DNA of 64,000 nucleotides from an uncultured delta proteobacterium (GTDB lineage Bacteria; Desulfobacterota; Syntrophia; Syntrophales; Fen-1087): NCBI GenBank assembly GCA_963709485.1, contig CAVPWE010000005.1, positions 68,012 to 132,011 of the forward strand, read 5' to 3'. Shown piece by piece: positions 58,673 to 64,000 of this stretch (position 1 is its first letter; each line of letters starts with the position of its first letter). The notes under the pieces were generated by a model. It saw only the letters and a program-made list of their open reading frames with translations, ran no database searches and was not told where the DNA came from. The position numbers and the translations under genes were made by a program.

Positions 58673-59560
58673 ATGAAAGTCATCGAGTGCGTCCCCAATA
58701 TCAGCGAGGGATGGAGCAAGAAGAAGATCTTGAAGATTGCCGGGGCGCTGACCGCATCGTCCGGCGTGAAGCTCCTCGATATCTGCATGGACAGGGACCA
58801 TCATCGCGGCGTCCTGACTTTCATCGGCCCCCCGGAGGCCATGCAGAAGGCGGCGATGGCGGTCTGCGGCAGGGCCCTGGAATTGATCGACATGCGGGAA
58901 CACGCAGGTGCGCATCCGCGCATCGGCGCAGTGGATGTAGTCCCCTTCATCCCCCTCGGGGAGGCAACGATGCAGGACGCCGTCCGGGTTGCGCATGGCT
59001 TCGGCCGCGCGTACGGCGAGAAAAACCGGATCCCCGTCTACTTTTACGGGGAGGCGGCTCTGGTCCCCTGGAAAAGAGAACTGTCCGACATCCGCAGGGG
59101 CGGCTACGAGGCGCTGCGGGAGAAAATGAGCGACCCGCGCTGGCTTCCCGATGCCGGCCCGGCCGTCTTCCACGAATGTTCCGGAGCAACGGCTGTCGGG
59201 GCGCGCATTCCCCTGATTGCCTTCAACATCAACCTCAGATCGGGCGATCTCAACCTGGCAAGGAACATTGCCAAATCCATCCGACAGTCCAGCGGCGGTC
59301 TTCCCTGCGTCAAGGCCCTGGGCATTCCGCTGAAAAGCCGGAAACTGGTCCAGGTCTCCATGAACCTCACCGATTACCGGGTCACATCAGTCCGCACCGT
59401 ATTCGAACGCGTCCGTGAAGAGGCCGCCTGCGTTGGTGCGGATATTCTGGAGTCCGAACTGATCGGCCTCATTCCCGGCGCCGCACTGGCCGGCACCACA
59501 CCCGAATATTTGAAATTGAGGGGCTTTTCTGATACAAAAATCCTCGAATCTCATTTTTAA
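58673..59560 (+). CDS. glutamate formimidoyltransferase (FtcD N-terminal domain family)
   Basis: MKVIECVPNISEG start, HRGVLTFIG, HPRIGAVDVVPFIP. The upstream part of ORF 57680-59560 is a shadow frame. Confidence 0.75.
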   Translation: MKVIECVPNISEGWSKKKILKIAGALTASSGVKLLDICMDRDHHRGVLTFIGPPEAMQKAAMAVCGRALELIDMREHAGAHPRIGAVDVVPFIPLGEATMQDAVRVAHGFGRAYGEKNRIPVYFYGEAALVPWKRELSDIRRGGYEALREKMSDPRWLPDAGPAVFHECSGATAVGARIPLIAFNINLRSGDLNLARNIAKSIRQSSGGLPCVKALGIPLKSRKLVQVSMNLTDYRVTSVRTVFERVREEAACVGADILESELIGLIPGAALAGTTPEYLKLRGFSDTKILESHF

Positions 59561-59645
59561 CCGGATGGACTTCCGTGCGGCCAGCCGGTTGACAGCCGCC
59601 GGGAAGCATGCTAAACGGCACGCTCTTTCATCGGACCCACATTGC

Positions 59646-59722
59646 GCCCCCGTAGCTCAGTAGGATAGAGCAACGGATTCCTAATCCGTGTGCCGCGCGT
59701 TCGAATCGCGCCGGGGGTACCA
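59646..59722 (+). tRNA. tRNA-Arg (anticodon CCT), encoded CCA end
   Basis: Cloverleaf read by eye: acceptor GCCCCCG/CGGGGGT (G1-U72 wobble), D arm GCTC-AGTAGGATA-GAGC, anticodon arm ACGGA-TTCCTAA-TCCGT, T arm GCGCG-TTCGAAT-CGCGC, then A-CCA. Confidence 0.85.
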
Positions 59723-59736
59723 TTTTTATTCAATGA

Positions 59737-59753
59737 TTTCAATATAATTGAAA
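59737..59753. repeat. perfect 7-bp inverted repeat (TTTCAAT-ATA-ATTGAAA) between the tRNA and the integrase 3' end
   Basis: Read directly. Could be part of the attachment site or a small bidirectional terminator. Confidence 0.3.
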
Positions 59754-59755
59754 CC

Positions 59756-60593
59756 CTACCCATTATTGATTGCCTCGTCACTGTGAAGTTTTTGTGAAGT
59801 ACGCGAAGTGCTCAAGGTTTGATCCAAAACATCAACTGCCTTGACTTTGTGGGATGGTGCAAGGTGGGCATAGCGGAGCGTCATAGTAAGGGTTTTATGG
59901 CCTAACAGTTCCTTGACTGTCGTCAAGTCTATCCCCGACATGACGAGGTGACTGGCGAAGCAATGGCGCAAATCGTGAAAACGAAAATCCCTGATATTTG
60001 CCCTTTTGCATGCTGTCACAAAAGAATGGTGAACGTTCAAATAAGGTTTCTCTTTTGTGTAATCATAAAAGACAAAAGGCACATGAACCTTACGCAGCCT
60101 TTTTGTCGTTCCCTTGTATAATTCTTCAAGCGTTGCCCTCAATGTTGCATTGATAGGGACTTCCCGCCGTTCACCGTTCTTCGTATGTGACAGAAGGATG
60201 AAGCCGTGAACCAGATCAACGTCATCCCATTTCAGATTGAGGATTTCCGATTTCCGCATGCCGGTGTTCAATGCCATGATTAGAATCGGTTTCAGGTGCT
60301 TCAATTGTTTTTCACAGGCATCTATCAAGGCTTGACATTCATCTGCAGACAGATAACGCAACCGCCGGTTGTTTTCTTCCAGTAGTTTCGCCCGCCTGAT
60401 TCGCTTCAGTGTTTCATCCTCTACCATGTCCCATTCGACGGCCTTCGTGAACATGTGCTTTATAGTGGCAATGTGGCGGTTGATCGTTGCCGGTTTATTC
60501 CCTGTCTGCAATCGTTCCGTTTGATACCCTTCAATAAGGCGTGTGTCAAAACGTCTCAATTGCATTTGGCCGAATCGTTCCTTTAGTTGGTTG
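59756..60593 (-). pseudogene. tyrosine recombinase/phage integrase, C-terminal (catalytic) fragment, split by the IS
   Basis: Catalytic residues in ALNTGMRKSEIL (R), FHDLRHCFAS (H.LR) and LGHKTLTMTLRYAHL (H...Y). The frame continues upstream of Met 60565 (..VINQLKERFGQ) to the IS junction. Confidence 0.8.
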
Positions 60594-60692
60594 ATGACAA
60601 GTGTACCGGTTCAAAGGAAAGTGGACAGATGAGGGAGTTAAAATAAGAGACGGTTTTAGGTTAGAATCAGTTCTCTGGAAAGGAGAGGAGCG

Positions 60693-61046
60693 ATGGGACC
60701 TAAAGCCAAGCAAGACGCTGAATCTGTGGTGAGAGAGATTAAGAGAAACACCCGCCGTAAATTCAATTCAGAAGAGAAAATCCGGATCATATTGGAAGGT
60801 TTGCGAGGGGAAGACAGCATTGCGAACATTTGTCGGAAAGAAGGGATAGCCCCGAGCATATACTACAAGTGGAGCAAGGCATTTCTGGAGGCGGGCAAGC
60901 GGCAGCTCAACGGGGATACCATCCGGGAAGCCAGCAGTAATGAAGTATCAGATCTACGGAGTGAGAATGAGCAGTTAAAGCAGCTGGTGGCTGAGCTGAG
61001 CCTGAAGAACCGGGTTTTTAAAAAAAGTTTGAGTGGTCTGGAGTGA
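60693..61046 (+). CDS. IS3-family transposase OrfA (HTH)
   Basis: RRKFNSEEKIRIILEGLRGEDSIANICRKEGIAPSIYYKWSKAF plus a leucine-zipper-like C-terminus. Confidence 0.85.
   Translation: MGPKAKQDAESVVREIKRNTRRKFNSEEKIRIILEGLRGEDSIANICRKEGIAPSIYYKWSKAFLEAGKRQLNGDTIREASSNEVSDLRSENEQLKQLVAELSLKNRVFKKSLSGLE
61020..61027 (+). other. programmed -1 ribosomal frameshift site (A AAA AAG) joining OrfA to OrfB
   Basis: Run of seven A then G, 17 nt before the orfA stop. The -1 frame is open from 61022 into orfB. Confidence 0.6.
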
Positions 61047-61942
61047 GTGCGGAGCGGTATATGCGATACAGTCAGGCAGAGAAGATGGAGGTTATCCGGA
61101 TGGTGGAAGGATCACCGCTGAGCGTGAAGCAGACGCTTGCGGAACTCGCCATCAACCGCAGCACGTTTTACATCTGGTATAGCCGATATCAGGAGCATGG
61201 CTATGATGGGCTGGCTAACGGGTACCATCCGCCCAGGCAATTCTGGAATGAGATCCCGCCGTGGGAGAAGCAGCGGGTCGTGGAAACGGCCCTGGAGCAT
61301 CATGAGAAATCACCCAGGGAGCTTGCATGGCATATCACGGATAAACGGGGCTATTATATCTCGGAATCGACGGTGTACCGTATTTTGAAGGCCCACGATC
61401 TGGTGACGAGCCCGCTCTATACGGTGATAAGTGCCCATGAGAAGTTTCCTCACCCGACAAAGGCGGTCAATGAGCTGTGGCAGACGGATTTTACCTTTTT
61501 CAAGGTGGTGCATTGGGGGTGGTATTATCTGTCCACGGTTCTTGACGATTACAGCCGCTTTATCCTGGCATGGCGGTTGTGTCAGGGGATGTCGGCAGAT
61601 GATGTAAAGCTGACCCTCAACGATGCGATTTTGTTTACAGGCATACGGCATGCAAGGGTGGTCAATCGGCCCAGGCTCTTATCGGATAACGGTCCTTGTT
61701 ATGTCTCAAAAGCCCTGAGTGATTATCTTGAGGAAGAAGGGATCGGCCATACCCGAGGCAAGCCGTATCATCCGATGACGCAAGGGAAGATCGAGCGGTA
61801 CCACCGTTCCATGAAAAATCTTATTCTTCTGGATCATTATTACAGTCCCTCGGAGCTTGAGGATCAGATCCGCATATTTGTGGATTATTACAACAACCAT
61901 CGGTACCATGAGGCATTGGAGAATGTTACGCCTGCTGGATAG
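61043..61942 (+). CDS. IS3-family transposase OrfB (rve/DDE integrase core)
   Basis: WQTDFTFF (D), LLSDNGPCYVS (D), KIERYHRSMK (E). Lies in the -1 frame relative to orfA. Confidence 0.85.
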   Translation: MSAERYMRYSQAEKMEVIRMVEGSPLSVKQTLAELAINRSTFYIWYSRYQEHGYDGLANGYHPPRQFWNEIPPWEKQRVVETALEHHEKSPRELAWHITDKRGYYISESTVYRILKAHDLVTSPLYTVISAHEKFPHPTKAVNELWQTDFTFFKVVHWGWYYLSTVLDDYSRFILAWRLCQGMSADDVKLTLNDAILFTGIRHARVVNRPRLLSDNGPCYVSKALSDYLEEEGIGHTRGKPYHPMTQGKIERYHRSMKNLILLDHYYSPSELEDQIRIFVDYYNNHRYHEALENVTPAG

Positions 61943-62127
61943 GTATTATGGGCGTGACAATGAAGTCTTGGAACGGCGGGGGCAGATTAAACAAAAAACG
62001 ATGCTTTTACGAAGAAAGCAGAATCGCGCTTTGAGGCTTGCTGAAAAGGCAGAGAAGGTTTATATGAGGGCTGAAACCCTCTCTTAGTTTTTGATCCAAT
62101 CTGTCCAAAACCATTTGAAGACGTACA

Positions 62128-62387
62128 ATGACAAGTTCCTTCTGCTTGTATGCACGTTGCCGCTCTGCCCATTTCAAATAATCGGTGACAAGCTCGCTAA
62201 ACGTGTGATTCCCGATTCTCTTGATTTCGGGCATCTTGCCCTCTCTGATCCCCTGCCGTCGCTTTATCAGAAGGGTTTCCGCATCCTTGAATTTCGTTGA
62301 TTTCGATGATTCGCGGATAACCTTTCCATCAAGTCCGACATAGGCAATCCAGAACACGTTTCCGCGTTTATAGATTCCCTTTGCCAT
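62128..62387 (-). pseudogene. tyrosine integrase, N-terminal (arm-binding/SAM-like) fragment
   Basis: MAKGIYKRGNVFWIAYVGLDGKVIRESSKSTKFKDAE is a typical integrase N-terminus. Joining it to 60593 after removing the IS and one TSD copy gives an uninterrupted 365-codon frame (..QKELVINQLKERFG..). Confidence 0.75.
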
Positions 62388-62589
62388 GCTTTTTGTCCCC
62401 CTTTCCTTTGGCGTTCTCCTTTTCAATGTAATCCAGTAAAAGCATCAATGTTTTGCTTGCCGTGCGCTCCCCCCTTTCAAGGTAATAGACATGCTGGCGT
62501 GTCGTTCCTATCCGCTCGCCCAACATCGTCTGTGTCAGCTTCATCCGTTTTCGAAGTTCCCTGATCTGTGCCGGTGTCCAATTCTTCAT
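62368..62589 (-). CDS. XRE-family helix-turn-helix transcriptional regulator
   Basis: 73 aa. IRELRKRMKLTQTMLGERIGTTRQHVYYLERGER. Confidence 0.75.
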   Translation of the reverse strand: MKNWTPAQIRELRKRMKLTQTMLGERIGTTRQHVYYLERGERTASKTLMLLLDYIEKENAKGKGDKKHGKGNL

Positions 62590-62727
62590 GGACTTATTAT
62601 ACTAACATAGTTAGCATATGTCAAGATATTTTTGATGTTCACATTTTACTTCACAGTGATTTGCAAATGTTTGATTTCATATGACTCTGATCCGTATATA
62701 ACGGATATGATATCCGTTTGCCGATCA

Positions 62728-63174
62728 TTATCTTCCTTTCAGATGTGACGTTGAAACCTGAAGCAATGCCGGCGACTGAAAGAATTTGTCTATTTGCCGT
62801 TTGTGGAATTTCCATTTTTTGCCGCTCTTGAAACAAGGGATTTTTCCATTGCGCGCTTGCTCCCTTACCCATGCTTGAGTTGTTTTGAGATATGCGGCAA
62901 GGCCTTTCACATCAAAGATCGCATCATCATTGCGTGAGGATGAACACAAAAGCGGCCTAATACGATCAAGGATAATCTCAGCCACACGATTCGCAATGGT
63001 TTCGATGATTGAGGCGGGAATGATTGTCTGAAGTGTCGTATCAGCAATCATGTTTATATCATCCAACATCCGATCCTTCATGGATTGCCTCTGTGTTTCA
63101 GTCGGGCTTTCCAGGGTTTCATAGCCGGGAGAACAATCCTTACACGTCCGACTTATTGTATCCCTCATAGCCAT
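62728..63174 (-). CDS. hypothetical protein with C-terminal excisionase/MerR-type HTH
   Basis: 148 aa. FDVKGLAAYLKTTQAWVREQARNGKIPCFKSGKKWKFHKRQIDKF resembles excisionase-family DNA-binding domains. Confidence 0.55.
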   Translation of the reverse strand: MAMRDTISRTCKDCSPGYETLESPTETQRQSMKDRMLDDINMIADTTLQTIIPASIIETIANRVAEIILDRIRPLLCSSSRNDDAIFDVKGLAAYLKTTQAWVREQARNGKIPCFKSGKKWKFHKRQIDKFFQSPALLQVSTSHLKGR

Positions 63175-63208
63175 TTATAGGCCCCTGCCAGAGCATTAGA
63201 ATTGCTTT

Positions 63209-63439
63209 TCAGGATGCCTTCGTATTGCGATACGGCATCCACGGGTAAAGCGGACAATGTGGCATCCGGCAATCATTTCTCCCATCGGCATAATAGCCAA
63301 GGCACATGTAGCATTGGGCTACAATTGCCTCACCGCTCTGGAGTTTCTTTCCTTCAAGGTGCTTCAGGAGTTCGCTCCGGCCCTTGGCCTTGGCCCCGTG
63401 TTGTTTAATTTCTTTATAGAGTTGTTCTTTACTGCTCAT
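63209..63439 (-). CDS. small Cys-rich hypothetical protein (mobile-element associated)
   Basis: 76 aa. CYMCLGYYADGRNDCRMPHCPLYPW suggests a zinc-binding motif. No family recognised. Confidence 0.4.
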   Translation of the reverse strand: MSSKEQLYKEIKQHGAKAKGRSELLKHLEGKKLQSGEAIVAQCYMCLGYYADGRNDCRMPHCPLYPWMPYRNTKAS

Positions 63440-64000
63440 TTTTATGTCGCCAGTCTTCAGTTATCTGAAATTCGCAACCACTGATTATCTTGAAATCCAG
63501 AACCAGCCCGTTGGGGTTTTGATGGGATACGGCCCAGTTCTTTGCTTTCACTATCTTTATCTTCCCTGATTCCATCGCAAGATAGAGTCGTGGCTTTTCA
63601 AGGCCACGCTGGCCGCCCAATCCTTCGTCCCGTCCGCTTGGTTTCTGAAGGGCGATTACAGCAATGCCTTTTTCCAGTTTGTCATGGATGGACTTGATCA
63701 TGCCGCCCACTTGCCAGAAGTCGGCATGGACTTCCAAAAAGTCTATGACGTTGACATCGTCCGGCCGGATTACATCCGAAAAATCGGATGACTTCTCACA
63801 AGCGTTAATACGCCATGAGTTGAGCGGGCAATCAAATTTTGAAAGCCGTTCTCTAAGTTCCATCGCTCCCATTTCTGAACTGAAGTAACGGACGTTGAAA
63901 CGATCTTGATTCATGCGGGCGAAATTCAGAAGGAATGCCGTCTTCCCGGCGTTGGGGCTTCCCGCAATGACGATGATGTTTTTGGGAAGTGTTTTTATGT
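63429..64000 (-). CDS. DnaB/RepA-like P-loop ATPase (replicative helicase C-domain-like), 5' end beyond the window
   Basis: The frame is open to the window edge: ..NIIVIAGSPNAGKTAFLLNFARMNQDRF.. (Walker A), VIDFLE (Walker B-like), IAVIALQKPSGRDEGLGG. Confidence 0.6.
   Translation of the reverse strand, partial: IKTLPKNIIVIAGSPNAGKTAFLLNFARMNQDRFNVRYFSSEMGAMELRERLSKFDCPLNSWRINACEKSSDFSDVIRPDDVNVIDFLEVHADFWQVGGMIKSIHDKLEKGIAVIALQKPSGRDEGLGGQRGLEKPRLYLAMESGKIKIVKAKNWAVSHQNPNGLVLDFKIISGCEFQITEDWRHKNEQ

Larger units (their letters stand above)
60602..62127 (+). mobile_element. IS3-family insertion sequence (1526 bp) inserted in the integrase gene
   Basis: Imperfect terminal inverted repeats TGTACCGGTTCAAAGG..GTGGACAGAT / (rc) TGTACGTCTTCAAATGG..TTGGACAGAT. 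Flanked by the direct duplication ATGACAAG(T) at 60594-60601 and 62128-62135. Carries orfA/orfB with an A7G slippery site. Confidence 0.8.

Overview
GC-rich bacterial chromosome segment, in gene content and order resembling a deltaproteobacterial (Desulfobacterota-like) anaerobe. Most of it is conserved housekeeping: mtaB-rnc, era, der, a liv-type branched-chain amino-acid ABC transporter, an ABC-F ATPase, a complete minus-strand dcw cell-division/wall cluster (mraZ to ftsZ, about 35.0-52.2 kb), mltG-ruvX, and selB-fdhD. Three accessory regions stand out. (1) 5.4-18.0 kb holds a RiPP-like maturation gene set: a PF14907-like nucleotidyltransferase, a PqqD/RRE protein, a radical SAM-SPASM enzyme, a soluble S24/S26-type peptidase, an HPr-kinase-like kinase, and an unlisted 54-aa Cys-rich precursor-like ORF ending in Ser. 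The set has no lasso cyclase. It is split by a ~7.6 kb gene for a giant secreted protein (repeat modules, peptidase C25, dockerin-like tail) whose reading frame changes 7 times as sequenced. (2) An AT-richer toxin-antitoxin cassette with a truncated RelE-like toxin sits between rnc and era. RNase III runs in-frame into a radical SAM domain, and era itself carries a 1-nt frameshift. (3) From 59.6 kb a tRNA-Arg(CCT) is followed by an AT-rich integrative element whose tyrosine integrase is split by an IS3-family insertion, followed by XRE, excisionase-like, Cys-rich and DnaB-like genes. No rRNA genes or CRISPR arrays were seen. All functional calls rest on motif recognition by eye, with no database search.
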